A stretch of 64,000 bases of DNA from Candidatus Aminicenantes bacterium (GCA_963702005.1 OY969696.1:4032001-4096000); one strand, 5' to 3'. Positions 11,199 to 22,519 are shown, counted from the stretch's first letter. The notes: generated by a model from the sequence alone, not told the origin. A program made the numbers and translations.

Positions 11199-11321
11199 AG
11201 CTCCACGGACTTGCGTCCGTGGGATCTACTTTTTGCAGTCGTTGGAGCGCCTGTCCCCGAAGCGGGGAATTCGCTATTCCTCTACGGACTTACGTCCGTG
11301 GAATCCCGCGAAGGGGATTGA
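11196..11321. repeat. Two-hairpin non-autonomous IS200/IS605-like (REP/MITE) element
   Basis: Hairpins ccacggacttgcgtccgtgg and ctacggacttacgtccgtgg; located between convergent genes; minus strand starts TCAATCCCCT. Confidence 0.75.
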
Positions 11322-11330
11322 GCGATTCAG

Positions 11331-12815
11331 TTAACCCCGTTTCATTTTTCGTTGATAGAGACGGCTCTCTCCCTTCCAGCCTATCAGCTCATAAGAAGGG
11401 TTTTGTTGGATCTGGAGGAGAAACTTATCAAACTCTTCCCTGGTATAGGGCCAGAGATTGACGCCCCGCTGGACGAGGATAAAGTCTTCTCCATGAAAAG
11501 CGGGCAGCATAACGATCGCCTTTCGCTTGGGGATATGAGGGATCAGCGCCGACTGGGCCGCCACTGAAGCCTCGGGGGGAATCCGGCCGATGAGCTCCAT
11601 GACGCCCGAATAAGTTGATAAGGCCCGATAGCGCGAGGGTTGAATGATCCTCCACAAGTTGGAGTTCGCCAGATTCAACAGCAGCAGTACGGCGGCCACG
11701 ATGGAAATGATAAACCGGATTTTCCGCCTCTTTCGGGAAGCCGCAAAATCCCGAACGTTCTTCATTCCATAGATCAAAGCCAGAAAAAGAAAAGGCAGGA
11801 AAGTCGCGCTGTAGTGAAGACCGAACGTATACATCTGGGGTATTTTGCTCAAGATCATCACCGCCAGCGGCGGTACAAGCAAAAGCGCGAAGGAAGACGC
11901 GAGGGGGAGAAACAGAAGCGGGAGAAGGATGTTGGCGGCCAGAATCCGGAAGAAGAGCCCGAAATCGACCCCTTGGAGGAGAATCCCGGGATGGCTGAGA
12001 ATAGTGCCGATCATCCGGAATAGGCTCCCGCCCTCCTGGCCATAGATGGCCCCATAGAGATAGAACCCGGCCCCCCCGGCTTGATGGCGAAAATAGGGAA
12101 TGATGAATCCTAAAGTCAGCAGAATATAGCCAAGAGACAGCGCGGACGTCAACCACCCCAGCCGTTTTTCCTTGAGCTTATAAACGGCAAATATCCCAAA
12201 AAAGAAGAGATAGATTCCGATATCTTCTTTCACAAGGAGGGCGAGGCTCAGGAACAAAACAAACATGAGGGGCTTCTTTCGGATGGCCAGGAAATAGAAC
12301 GCTCCCAAAAAGAAGACGGGAAAAAGCAGCTCGGTATGAAAATCATGCATCAAACCGATCAGCAGCTGTCTAAAGAAGAGATAAACGACAGCCACGACGA
12401 CGGGAAGAAACCGATCCTGGAAGACGTTTCGGGCGATAAGATACAGGAACCAGGCCGAAAATCCGATGGCGATCACCTCGATATAGAGCAGGATCAGAGG
12501 CCCGGGAAAGACGATATAAAGGGGAATCAATAAAAAAAGAATCGGAGTGAAATGGAGCGCAAAATGGCTTTCCCAGCCTTTGACGCGGCCGGGCGTGTAG
12601 GACAGCGTGCCCTGGTCCCTTTCCCATCGGCCGAAGGCATACTGGTGAAAAGGGTCGGCCATGACCTCTCCCTTGAGGGTGTAATGAAAGCCGTAGTCGA
12701 CGATGGAAAGGTCACAGGCATTCGTGCCGAACGATAGATGTTGGAGGGTTTTGAAACCGCAAAAGACAACCATCCATACTCCCAAAAATATCATAAAGAA
12801 TCGCTCGGCCTTCAT
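11331..12815 (-). CDS. DUF2079 family membrane protein (GT-C glycosyltransferase-like)
   Basis: DLSIVDY, HFTPIL, HDFHTE, LLVKED, HYSA, IPPEASVAAQ motifs; many TM segments. Confidence 0.85.
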   Translation of the reverse strand: MKAERFFMIFLGVWMVVFCGFKTLQHLSFGTNACDLSIVDYGFHYTLKGEVMADPFHQYAFGRWERDQGTLSYTPGRVKGWESHFALHFTPILFLLIPLYIVFPGPLILLYIEVIAIGFSAWFLYLIARNVFQDRFLPVVVAVVYLFFRQLLIGLMHDFHTELLFPVFFLGAFYFLAIRKKPLMFVLFLSLALLVKEDIGIYLFFFGIFAVYKLKEKRLGWLTSALSLGYILLTLGFIIPYFRHQAGGAGFYLYGAIYGQEGGSLFRMIGTILSHPGILLQGVDFGLFFRILAANILLPLLFLPLASSFALLLVPPLAVMILSKIPQMYTFGLHYSATFLPFLFLALIYGMKNVRDFAASRKRRKIRFIISIVAAVLLLLNLANSNLWRIIQPSRYRALSTYSGVMELIGRIPPEASVAAQSALIPHIPKRKAIVMLPAFHGEDFILVQRGVNLWPYTREEFDKFLLQIQQNPSYELIGWKGESRLYQRKMKRG

Positions 12816-12830
12816 ATGAGTCCACTTCTT

Positions 12831-15279
12831 TTAGGGCGGGGGCCGCGTTCCGAGTCTTTTAGAAGGGGTCCTCACCGAATGGCGTTCTCCGGGACCGACC
12901 CGGATGAGAAGCCAGGAGACGTCGCGGCCGTTGTCATCCTTGCCCGCCATGGCTGTTCGCGCCGTCCCATCCATGATGAGCTCCGCCCAGCGGCCGGGAA
13001 AAACGGCTTTCCAGACGAGCTCGGGACCGGCCGAATTCTCGAACGCCGTCTCGTCCTTCATCAAGTGCCGGACCTCGATGGTGTTTCCGAAGACCGGGAT
13101 GTTCTTGAGCTCGGCCCACTCGGTTTGCGCCGTCAAACCCGACCGGGTGGCCACCAGCCTCTCCCGCGCGTCCGGCTGCACGCCGAACAGCCCCGTCGCG
13201 ACGGCCCCGATGACTGCGAAAGACGCCTCCGGATAGTCCCGTCGCCGCGTCCTCGGGTCGCAGATTTTCAGGAGCTCGGCGTAAGCCGCGTCGTTAATGC
13301 CGTAGCGATAATAGACCTCGGGCAGGTAGGACTCGATCTCGATCCCCTCGGGACTCTTGTCGAGAAGGCCGTCGATTGTTTTTTGCCTCTGCGGCCCCGG
13401 CGGAATAAGCCCGAAATAGAGGGGAAAGAGGCCGCTCCAGAACATGTCTTCGAACATCGGTTTTCGGCCCTGGAGGAAGACGGCGGCGAAACGGCCCAGA
13501 CGATCGCTCCACCAATTCTTTCCAAAATACGCGCGCAGATGATCCGCCTTTTTGAAATATCGGGCGGCGGCTTTCGGCTCCCCCCGGAGCGCGAGCATCT
13601 CCCCCAAGGAACGATAGGCCCTGGCTATGGCGGCGATGAGGTCGCTCCCCATCATCGTCGTGTCGGAGGCGGGGCCCTCATCGTAGCTCCCCAGACCCCG
13701 GTTCCCATCCTCGGGCCGGTGCTCGGGAATTCCGTCGCCATCCTTGTCCCAAGCACGAATATAGCCGTCGACGGTCAGCTCATAGAATGTCCTGAATTCC
13801 GGCCCATCGATATAGGTCCGGTCCCCGGACCACAGGAACTGCCTCCAGCAGGCATCCAGGACGTCGAAGTTGGCCGGCAGGTTGTACCAGAAATCCCGGT
13901 CGTTCTTGTAATCCACGGGCGCGGGCCGGTCATATTTATCGATCTCCCAGTACGAACAGAAATCGCGGGACTTCGAGACGGCCGCGGCGAACTTGCGGAG
14001 CATGTTCAGGTTGAAAAGGGCCAGGCCCAGGACATGGCCGCCCGCGGCCTGGTGAGAGACGTCCCTCATGCAGAATGCGAAACGCCCCGGCAGCGCGGCT
14101 TCGTACCAGTCGCCGACTGCGTCCCCGGTCTCCTCGGCCGGAAAGACGTAATCCAACGCCCGATCCTTCGCCCAAGCAAAAGCCGCCGCCAGCTTCGGGT
14201 CGGAGGTTTCCAAACGCAACGGGCTTTCCGGCCGAACGGACGGGCGGAAGCCGCCCGGCGGCTTCAAGGCCATCGCCAACGGTTTGTTTCTGTCGCAGAC
14301 GATCCTGCCGTCCTCGATATCAAGCTTCGCCGCCTGAAGGGACGAACGGTGTTTCCCCGGCTGGACATGCTCTTTCGCCCCGAAAGGATGGGTGAAGTAG
14401 AACAGGAACGCCTCTTTCCCCTGGACGAGAACCTCGCCGTGCCGTCCGATGTCCGCGTCATCGGGCCGCGTTCCCGGGATGCCCGAGGATCGTATGGGGT
14501 TGTTCGGTCCATTGCCTGAGGTCGGCCGAGCGCAGGACGGCCATCCCCTGCCAGCGGTCGACGACCATCCAGTAGGCCCCCTGCCACCAGAAGACCGCGG
14601 GCCCTTCCTGGGCTTTCTCGGTGACGACGGGGCCCTGGACCTTCCAGCGGAAAAGGTCCTCACTGTCCGCCGCATATATGTGCGATCCGTTGGTTTCGTC
14701 TTTATACCACATGCGCCAACCTCCGCCCGGCTTCGCGTAGACGAAGGCGTCGATGACCCGTTCCGAGCTCAGCGGGACGACGGCCTCGTATTTCCAGGTC
14801 GCGAGGTCGTTGCTCGTGTAATGGACGATGTGCCTGTCCCCGCTCCAGTCGGCCGGGACGCCCCGGACATAAGCTAGATACATATGATAAATCCCGCCCT
14901 GCTCGACGAGGCAGGGCGCCCAGAACGTGTTCCGGCCGGGCTCGAATTCAAGTCCCTTGGCGGTCCCTCGATAGGTCCAGGTCAGACCGCCGTCCGCCGA
15001 CGAGGCGATCCCGATGTCGGTCCCGTGACACCAGCGGACGCCGTCCTGGGCCGCCGGATCGTTGGCCCGCCGGTTGGTGTAGAAGATCCACCAGGCCCGT
15101 TCGCGATCGTTCCAGATGAGGGAAGGATCGGCGGCCCCGTCGTAGACGGGGTCCCGATAGAGCGGCGCGGGCGCGTTCCGCGGCGGAACCGCCGCGGTCT
15201 CCGCGCCCAGGAGGGAGCCCAGGATCAGAATCGGCCAAAGCCGCGCGGCCTTGCGTCTCATCGGAACTCTCCCGTTCAT
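12831..15279 (-). pseudogene. Frameshifted two-domain glycoside hydrolase: N-terminal GH43-like beta-propeller and C-terminal putative (alpha/alpha)6 domain
   Basis: ORF 14458-15279 (DGAADP, FWAP, VIDA, EGP) continues as ...PGTRPDDADIGRH...FYFTHP in the frame of 12831-14675; one extra base near 14470-14486. Confidence 0.75.
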
Positions 15280-15878
15280 TTTTTCTTGCGGGGAGGCCGG
15301 GGCATCAGGATGGCGCCGGTCTTGAAGTCGCCCAAGATCTCGGCCTTCCCCTCCAGAAAGAGGCGCCCGACCAGGGCGCCGGTCGCGGCGTCGAGCTCAT
15401 GGTCGGAGGCCCCCCGGCGCAGGCCTTTGAGCCCGAGCTTTCTCAGCCCGCGCAGCAGACCGTCATGATCGCGCTTCGCCCTGGGCATATGCCAGATGTC
15501 CTGCGCTCCGCCGGGATACATCTCGACGACGCGGATCCCTTTCCGTCCCAGAAGACGCCGCAGCCGAATCCCGCGCTCGGTCAGGCCGCGCATCGGCCCC
15601 AGCGTGATCGGGAAAAAGGGGATGCCTCGCCTCCTGAGCTCCAGGTCGCAGGGCCGGTAGTGCTCTCCGTTCCGGTCGTCCATCGAGCGACGGCCGGGGG
15701 GGAGGTTCAGGGGCGCGTCGACGGCGACGAGGGAGGGAGCGGCCGCCAGAATGTAGTCCTTGATCTCATCGTCGGAGAAAAGGAGGCGCGTCTCAGCCCG
15801 GAGGCCGCTCAGAAGGCAGGCGCCGGTCGGCCGGCGGGCGGCCCCGGCCAGGTCGATCCCAATCACAATCGGGGACAC
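15276..15878 (-). CDS. DUF429 family predicted nuclease (RNase H fold)
   Basis: GIDLAG, VAVDAPL, EMYPGG, HELDA. Confidence 0.85.
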   Translation of the reverse strand: MSPIVIGIDLAGAARRPTGACLLSGLRAETRLLFSDDEIKDYILAAAPSLVAVDAPLNLPPGRRSMDDRNGEHYRPCDLELRRRGIPFFPITLGPMRGLTERGIRLRRLLGRKGIRVVEMYPGGAQDIWHMPRAKRDHDGLLRGLRKLGLKGLRRGASDHELDAATGALVGRLFLEGKAEILGDFKTGAILMPRPPRKKK

Positions 15879-15884
15879 GACGAT

Positions 15885-16817
15885 TTATGACTCGAGGATG
15901 ATGGCGGCTTCCCGCAGCGCCTGGACCGCGGCCTCGGGGAAGGCCCGGCCGGCCAGCCGCTCGAAGTCCTTGAAAGACCGGATCGTCTCCGTCCCCAAAG
16001 TCGCCTCGCCCGTCGTCCGGAGCCGGTCGAACAGGCTGGCCAGGGCGATCAGGCTGCTTCCCTTGGGGACTTCGGCCAAGTTTTTTTCGATCCGGTCGGC
16101 GTCCTCGACATAGTGCCGAACATAGCCGGAAAGGAGCGGCTCAACCTCCTTGAGCAGGGAAGCCGTGGTGCTGAGAAGGACCTGCTCGCGGCTCCCGATT
16201 TTCGTCCTGGCGCCCAGACCCCCCGAGCGGATGAATTCGGCGACCTCCTCGAACAAGCGCACGCTGCTTCTAAGCTCGCCCGTCCCGACCAGCAGGGCGG
16301 CCGACTTGACGTTCTCGATGTCGCCCCTGCTCATCCCGGCTTTCTTGGCCAGCATCCCGGCCAGCAGCGACACGCGCAGGGAAGGGGGCTTGTCCTCGTC
16401 GGCGACCTCGAAGTATTTGAGGAGGACGCCCAGGACTCCGACATAGGCCTTCTGCATGCTGTCGATCTTGCGTTCCCGCTCGTCGGAGACGGTCCCCAGC
16501 AGGGCGCCGGTCAGGATCAGGAATCCGCCCCAGGCCAGCAGGCTGATGAGATCGTCCAGGGATAAGGTGGCCTGCCCGCGGGAGAGGAGCCGCGTATACA
16601 GGAAAAAGCAAAAGACGAGCAGGACGCACAGGGTCGCCATCAGGACGGCTTTTCTCTTCCCCAGGTAGTAGCCGGCCAGGATGACGGGAAGGAAGAAGAA
16701 ATTCAGGAACGAAACCTTATAGGTGACGAGGAGCCCGATCAGGACGATGCCGGCGACGACGAGAAGGATGATGAAGAGCTCGAAATGGAGGCGGATAAAG
16801 GCGATAAGACGGTGCAT
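15885..16817 (-). CDS. Membrane sensor (DUF4118-like) fused to a degenerate HD-GYP-like domain
   Basis: 4 TM helices with FFLPVILAGYYLG; SLRVS...AALLVGTGE in place of HS.RV...AALLHDIGK. Confidence 0.6.
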   Translation of the reverse strand: MHRLIAFIRLHFELFIILLVVAGIVLIGLLVTYKVSFLNFFFLPVILAGYYLGKRKAVLMATLCVLLVFCFFLYTRLLSRGQATLSLDDLISLLAWGGFLILTGALLGTVSDERERKIDSMQKAYVGVLGVLLKYFEVADEDKPPSLRVSLLAGMLAKKAGMSRGDIENVKSAALLVGTGELRSSVRLFEEVAEFIRSGGLGARTKIGSREQVLLSTTASLLKEVEPLLSGYVRHYVEDADRIEKNLAEVPKGSSLIALASLFDRLRTTGEATLGTETIRSFKDFERLAGRAFPEAAVQALREAAIILES

Positions 16818-16856
16818 GATCGTTAGCTTGTTTATACCACCTGAACCGGAATCAAG

Positions 16857-16941
16857 TCAAATCATCGACACCCATACTAAGCCGTTTTCCGGCTTAGTAT
16901 GAGTACTGCAAGGCTGGGCTCGGCGTCGGCGAACGAGTCAA
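16857..16941. repeat. TCAA-bounded modular palindromic element
   Basis: Starts tcaaatcatcgacacccatac; hairpin catactaagccg-tttt-ccggcttagtatg; ends cgtcggcgaacgagtcaa, as does the 50179-50283 copy. Confidence 0.8.
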
Positions 16942-17342
16942 CCGATCCGGGCTTCCATGACGAAGGCGGGCGGCTTGGCGAGATAAGCCTTGACGGCGCA
17001 GGCCTCGGCGGCCTTGACGGCGGCCGCTTTGTACTTGGCCGGGAATCCGGCCGGGAGGAGGATTTCGATCGTGATCAGATCGATCATCTTCGTCTTCGCG
17101 TTCCGGCTCGTGCTCATCCGGATGGATAAGCCCTCGGTCGGGATCGCCCGCTCCTTGGAAAAGGCCAGGACGTAGTACCCGGCGCAGGTCGCCAAGGAGG
17201 CCAGGAAGAGGTCGAAGGGCGAAGGCGCGCTGTTTTCGCCGCCCGCCTGGACGGGTTGGTCGGTCTTGATCGTGAACCCCTTGACCAAGGCGTCGACCTT
17301 GACCCCGCCCGGGAAGCTGACCAGGATGTCCTTTTCGCTCAT
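16938..17342 (-). CDS. OsmC family protein
   Basis: TDQPVQAGGENSAPSPFDLFLASLATC...CAVK; ATGA coupling to the upstream gene. Confidence 0.9.
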   Translation of the reverse strand: MSEKDILVSFPGGVKVDALVKGFTIKTDQPVQAGGENSAPSPFDLFLASLATCAGYYVLAFSKERAIPTEGLSIRMSTSRNAKTKMIDLITIEILLPAGFPAKYKAAAVKAAEACAVKAYLAKPPAFVMEARIG

Positions 17343-18139
17343 GGCGTCGCTCCTTTGTTCTTTGGGTTCTCTTGAGTCGGCCGGTCCGGCTGCCGGGCCG
17401 CCTGCGAAAACACGGCCAGCAGCAGCCGCCTGTCCTCGTCGGTCAGGGCCAGTCGCCCGAAAAGGTCGGAGAGCCTCTCCCCCATGTGCCTCCGGTTCGC
17501 GGCGTGGAGGAAGCCCCCGGCGTCGAGCTTCTCGATGATGAGCCGGAGGAATCGTTCCTGCTCGCGCCTGGGAAGGGGACGGGACTCGCGGCGCCGCCGG
17601 AGAGGAGACGCCCGCCGGCTCCGGCTGAAGAGCGCGAAGAGCGTCAAGAGCACGGCGCCGGCCAGGTTGTAGGAGGGCTGTGAGGCCGCTTGGGGAATCG
17701 TAAACCTGAAGTTGGAATGACGGAGCTCCACCGAGGTCAGCCCGGTCCGTTCGTTCCCGAAGAGAAGTCCGATCCGGGCCAAGGACGGCGCGGCCAAAAT
17801 CCGGTCGAGAGCCTCCTCCCAAGAAAGGATCTCGAAATTTTTGCGGCTCTTCGCGGTGCCGGCGAAGACGAGATGGAGGTCGGCGACGGCCTCCGCCAGG
17901 TCAGGAAATATCCGGGCCCGGTCGAGGATCTTCCCGGCGTGGACGGCCGTTTTATGAGCGGTGGGGTCGAGGGGTCCGGTCCGAACGAGGCGCAGCTCCG
18001 TGAATCCGGTGTTCGCCATGGCCCGGGCGGCCAGGCCGATGTTCTCCGCGCTTTCGGGCCGGCAGAGGATAACGGCAAAGCGCCCTGCGAAGGCGGAACG
18101 CCCCGGGGCCGGCCGTTTCCTTTCGGAGCCTCGTATCAC
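17339..18139 (-). CDS. trmJ: SPOUT RNA methyltransferase, TrmJ/LasT family
   Basis: ENIGLAARAMANTG, FGNERTGLT, SYNLAGAV; start codon uncertain. Confidence 0.85.
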   Translation of the reverse strand: MIRGSERKRPAPGRSAFAGRFAVILCRPESAENIGLAARAMANTGFTELRLVRTGPLDPTAHKTAVHAGKILDRARIFPDLAEAVADLHLVFAGTAKSRKNFEILSWEEALDRILAAPSLARIGLLFGNERTGLTSVELRHSNFRFTIPQAASQPSYNLAGAVLLTLFALFSRSRRASPLRRRRESRPLPRREQERFLRLIIEKLDAGGFLHAANRRHMGERLSDLFGRLALTDEDRRLLLAVFSQAARQPDRPTQENPKNKGATP

Positions 18140-18193
18140 CCGTTTATTATACCGGACTTCGGCCCTGAACAAGCAACGGCCGGCGCGGGCGGT

Positions 18194-19060
18194 TCAGGCT
18201 TTCATCGAATCGATCAACTGCCGCAGCAGCGCGAAGTCGGTCTCCCGCCGGTAAAGGGGCTCTTTTCTGACTTGGTAGGCGCTTAACGTCTCTTCAAAAG
18301 GCTTCTTCTTGTCATTGAGATAAAAAATCCCCAGCGGGAGCGTGTCGGTCTCGATCGCCCGCCGAAACGCCGCCTGCCGGTCATAGGGATCGTGGGTCGG
18401 CTCCAGATAGCCGATGCGCTCTTTGAACCACTGATAAGTGTTGACCTTGTTGAATGAAACGCACGGCTGGAGAATATCGACCAGCGCGTAGCCGGCTCGA
18501 TGCTTCAACGCTTTTTGCAGGATCGCCACCGTCGCTTCGACATCCGCGCAGTAAGCCCGGGCGACAAACGAGGCGTCGAGCGCTATCGCCACCGCCAGAG
18601 GATTGAAAGGCGCTTCGCTGACCCCGTCCACCTGGACCGGAGTTCTGAAATTCAACTGGCTGGTCGGCGAAGCCTGCCCCTTGGTCAGGCCGTAGACCAT
18701 GTTATTATGGACGATATTGACGATCCCCGGGTTTCGGCGGATCGCGTGGATGAAATGGTTCCCCCCTTCTCCGTACATGTCGCCGTCGCCGCTTTCGGCG
18801 ATGACCACCAGGCCGGGATTGGCCGCTTTGATCGCGGTGGCCGGGGGAAGAGCCCGCCCGTGCAAGCCGTTGAAGATATGGGTTTTCAGGTAGTGGGGCG
18901 CCTTCGCCGCTTGGCCGATTCCGGAAACGATGACCAGATTTTCCGGCTCGATGTCCAGGCCGGCCAGCGCCTCTTTCAGGATCGTCAGGATCCGGAAATT
19001 CCCGCAGCCCGGGCACCAGGCGATATCGATCGGCCCCGGATCAAAGTCCTTTTTTTCCAT
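18194..19060 (-). CDS. korB: 2-oxoacid:ferredoxin oxidoreductase beta subunit
   Basis: WCPGCGN, SGIG, LHGR, GDGD...NN TPP motif, [11 protein letters not shown]. Confidence 0.93.
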   Translation of the reverse strand: MEKKDFDPGPIDIAWCPGCGNFRILTILKEALAGLDIEPENLVIVSGIGQAAKAPHYLKTHIFNGLHGRALPPATAIKAANPGLVVIAESGDGDMYGEGGNHFIHAIRRNPGIVNIVHNNMVYGLTKGQASPTSQLNFRTPVQVDGVSEAPFNPLAVAIALDASFVARAYCADVEATVAILQKALKHRAGYALVDILQPCVSFNKVNTYQWFKERIGYLEPTHDPYDRQAAFRRAIETDTLPLGIFYLNDKKKPFEETLSAYQVRKEPLYRRETDFALLRQLIDSMKA

Positions 19061-20748
19061 TAGGCTATCGCCTCAATCTTGGCGCTCAGGGCTTCGACCG
19101 AAAAAGGCAGCCCGTCATAGCGGAGGATCTTATGACCGACATCGAACCCGGTCTGAAGCTTGAGCAGTTGGCAGAACTGGCCGGTCGCGTTATTTTCGAC
19201 CGCGATCAGCTTAGAGGCCTTTTTCAGATATTTCGACGTATCGGGATGAAGCGGATAGACCTGACGGAAATGGAGACAGGCCGTCCCTTTCCCGCCCAGT
19301 CGCGCCAGCGCCTCCTTGATGACGTTCCCGTTCGATCCCCAGCCGAGGATTAAAGTCCGATAATCGGCCGGCCCGGTCAGCTCCGGCGCCAGCGCCGCGG
19401 CGGCCAGTCCCTCTTTTTTCTTGAGCCTTTTATCGACGATGCGGACCCGCCAGTCGAGGTCTTCGCTGATATGGCCGTCCGCGTCATGTTCGTCGCTGTC
19501 GACGGCCACCAGGCCGCGGCCGTAGCCGGGAATGGCGCGCGGCGAAACGCCGTCTTCGGTCAAAGCGTAGCGTTGATAGCCCGGCTCCGACTCGACGAAG
19601 TACTTCTCGGCCGGGCCGGACGGCTCCAGCCCGGGGACATTGTAATAAGAATCCATCAGGTATTGGTCGGTCATGATGAAAACCGGCACTTGGAAGCGGT
19701 CGGCCAGGTTGAAAGCGTGGCGGGTCAGGTCGAAGGTTTCTTCAATGCTCCCCGGCGCCAGGATGGCGCGCGGAAATTCGCCGTGGCCGGCATAAAGCGC
19801 GAAGCTGAGGTCAGCCTGCTCCGTCCTGGTCGGCAATCCGGTCGCCGGCCCCGGCCTTTGGCCTAAATTGATGACGACCGGAAGCTCCAGCATCCCGGCC
19901 AGGCTTAAGCCTTCGACCATCAGAGCAAAACCGCCCCCCGAACTGGACACCAAGGCCCGCGCGCCGGCGTACCAGGCCCCGAGCGCCATGTTCATCGCCG
20001 CGATCTCGTCTTCCGCCTGCTCCACGACAAGGCCGAAAGTCTTAGCCTGCTGGGCCAGAAAAGTCATCACGCCGGTCGCCGGCGTCATCGGATAGGCGGC
20101 GATAAAATTGCAGCCGCCGGCCAGCGCTCCCAGCGCCATCGCTTCCGCCCCGCTCAGCAACGGCTCGGCGGCCGCCTGGGGATCGGGCTGGACATCGAAT
20201 CGTATGTTCAATCCTTGCCCGATCAGGTAACCGGCCTGGGCCGCCTGGACGTTGTTTTCGATGGTCGCCCGGTCTTTGCGCGAAAAATAGCGACGGAGAA
20301 AACTTTCGACGGTCTCGCGGGCGACCGAAAAAAGCCCGGCCACGACACCGATCGCGATCGTATTGGCATAGAGCTTGTCGCCGATCTCCAGGGCTTTAGC
20401 GCTGAATGGAACTTCAACGATCCGGCAGACCCCCGCTTCGCAGGTTTCGTCGATATTGTCCTTTTCGCCCAGGATCACGGTCGAAGAAGCGATCCTTTTT
20501 TGGAGATGCGAAGTCCGGCCCTTGTCGAGCGGTATCAGGATATCGATCCGGTCGCTGTAAGCCGCCACCCGTCGGGAGGAGACTCTGATCGAGGTGGAAT
20601 TGACCCCGCCCCGGATGCGGGACATATACTCTTTAGTGGCGAAGACGTGATAGCCGCTCAGCTTGAGAAGCCGGGTCAGGACCTGCTCGATCGTCTGGAT
20701 CCCCTGGCCGGCTTCGCCGCACAGGACCAGAGAAACGTCATCGGGCAT
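19060..20748 (-). CDS. korA: 2-oxoacid:ferredoxin oxidoreductase alpha (gamma-alpha) subunit
   Basis: [34 protein letters not shown]. Confidence 0.93.
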   Translation of the reverse strand: MPDDVSLVLCGEAGQGIQTIEQVLTRLLKLSGYHVFATKEYMSRIRGGVNSTSIRVSSRRVAAYSDRIDILIPLDKGRTSHLQKRIASSTVILGEKDNIDETCEAGVCRIVEVPFSAKALEIGDKLYANTIAIGVVAGLFSVARETVESFLRRYFSRKDRATIENNVQAAQAGYLIGQGLNIRFDVQPDPQAAAEPLLSGAEAMALGALAGGCNFIAAYPMTPATGVMTFLAQQAKTFGLVVEQAEDEIAAMNMALGAWYAGARALVSSSGGGFALMVEGLSLAGMLELPVVINLGQRPGPATGLPTRTEQADLSFALYAGHGEFPRAILAPGSIEETFDLTRHAFNLADRFQVPVFIMTDQYLMDSYYNVPGLEPSGPAEKYFVESEPGYQRYALTEDGVSPRAIPGYGRGLVAVDSDEHDADGHISEDLDWRVRIVDKRLKKKEGLAAAALAPELTGPADYRTLILGWGSNGNVIKEALARLGGKGTACLHFRQVYPLHPDTSKYLKKASKLIAVENNATGQFCQLLKLQTGFDVGHKILRYDGLPFSVEALSAKIEAIA

Positions 20749-20905
20749 TCTTGTCGTTCTCGGCCACGAACTTCTTGATATCTTCGATATGCTCGAGGAT
20801 CAGCTTGGCCTTGGTGAGGCCGAACGAGAACGGAAATTTCTCGCCCTCATTTCTCTTCAACACCAGCAACGGATTCCCCTTATATTCGGAACGTTCGGCG
20901 ATCAT
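20738..20905 (-). CDS. Small hypothetical protein (55 aa)
   Basis: RBS aaggag; YKGNPLLVLKR...FPFSFGLTKAKLILEHIEDIKKFV; overlaps the korA start. Confidence 0.7.
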   Translation of the reverse strand: MIAERSEYKGNPLLVLKRNEGEKFPFSFGLTKAKLILEHIEDIKKFVAENDKNAR

Positions 20906-20971
20906 CGCGCGCTCCTTTCCTTGCCCGGAACGATTATACCTCACTGAATTCAATAGAAGATAGTCGTAAAG

Positions 20972-21921
20972 CTAATAACGAAAGCGGTAGTCGTCCACGG
21001 CCCGGAGAAAGGCCAGGATGTTTTCCCAGGGCACTTCGGGCTCGAGGACATGGGTCGGGCATGGGAAGTAGCCGGTCGGGCCGAGGACATCGATCGTCCT
21101 CTGGACGGTCTTATAGACGTCGTCGGGCGAGGAGAAGGGCATCGTCGTCTGCGTCCCGACCCCGCCCCAAAAGATCAGGCGGTCCCCGAACGTTTTCTTG
21201 ACCTCGGCCAGGTCGAGGCACTCCGGCTGCAGGGGGTTGAGCACCGTGACCCCGATCTCGACGAGGTCGGGAATGATGTCACGGCAATTGCCGTCGCTGT
21301 GGTAACAGACGGGGAGGTCGGGCCGCGCCTCGCGCGCCGAGCGGATGACCGCGGCGTGCCGGGGCTTGAACCATTCGCGATACATTCCGGGGCTCATGAG
21401 CATGGCCCTCTGCGTCCCCAGGTCGTCCCCGATCTTGAGCATGTCCACGCCCGCCTCGGCGAAGCGCCGCGCCTGGAAGCGGCGGATCGAGGTGATCCGA
21501 TCGAGCAGATATTCGGCGAAGGACGGGTTAAAGGCCAGGTCACTGAACAGCTCGGCCATCCCCCGCAGGTGCCAGGCGATCTCGAAAATCGTCCACTCCA
21601 TGAAACCGATGACGAACAGCCCGCGCTCGTGGAGGTGTCGGATTCGGCCCTCAAGATGCGCGTGCCGCGCCGGCGGCGTCAGGTCGGGGAAAGGATAGCG
21701 CTCGAGCTCCGCGATCGAGGCGAGCCGGAGCATGGGGTGTTCGAGCCGAACGAAGTGGTACAGCGAGCCGTCCCTGACGCCGACGCCCCATTCTCCGACC
21801 TCCCAACCGGCCGGGTTCCAGAAGCGCGGCAGGCCGTCCGGAAAATAGGCGCTGAAATCCGCGAGGTCGATCGGCGGCGCGAAAAAAACATCTGCTCCTC
21901 GATCAAGCGGCGCATCGGCAT
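20972..21921 (-). pseudogene. UroD/MtaA-CmuA family protein with a deleted, out-of-frame N-terminus
   Basis: GDDLGTQ, YHSDGN, LNPLQPE, PTHVL; the frame stays protein-like to ~21890 (DFSAYFP...EWGVG), but the RBS+ATG at 21921 is in another frame. Confidence 0.7.
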
Positions 21922-21957
21922 CCGATCCTCCGGTCCGGGGCCGCAGGGAGCGCCCCC

Positions 21958-22070
21958 TTACCCTCCGCCCCTGAGCGCCGTATCGTACATGGCCACGATA
22001 TTCTCCGGCGGCGTGACGGCGCTGATGTCGTGGCTCGATGCCAGAATGTAGCCGCCGCCGGTGGCCTCGA
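21958..22070 (-). pseudogene. C-terminal fragment of a second UroD/MtaA-family gene
   Basis: Manual translation EATGGGYILASSHDISAVTPPENIVAMYDTALRGGG*. Confidence 0.75.
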
Positions 22071-22512
22071 ATTCGATTTACCGCTCACCTTCAATAAGTT
22101 CGAGTGGGACAGGCGGGCCGAATATACGGTTTATCCCGACGACCATATCGGCCGTCCTCGGGGCGCGGCGCTCGCCCACCCGACCGCGGACCAGGCCGTC
22201 CCTCCGGCGGGGCGGCCTTTCGGGCTCGACGACCACGCCTGGGGTTCCAACGACTTCCGAAGCTCGAAGCGGGGAATCTATTGGGCCAGGTTATCCGGTC
22301 CGGGCGGTTCCGTCCGGGTCGTCTCGGACGGGACGCAGACCGTCCGCTGCGCGGTCACGTCCCACGAAGTCTCGCTCAAGGTGCTGGACTTCTACGGCGG
22401 ATCGGGAGGACCCAAGGAATGGTCGGTCCTCGGCTTTCACTACGGGGCCGGCCGGCTGATAAAAACCGGAGAGACGGTCAAGGGCACGGTGAGGCTGAAG
22501 CTCATAGAATGA
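22060..22512 (+). pseudogene. C-terminal fragment of a probable GH2-type glycosidase
   Basis: WDRRAEYTVYPDDHIGRPRG...SNDFRSSKRGIY resembles C-termini of large GH2 proteins; no start or RBS. Confidence 0.55.
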
Positions 22513-22519
22513 AGCCCGG

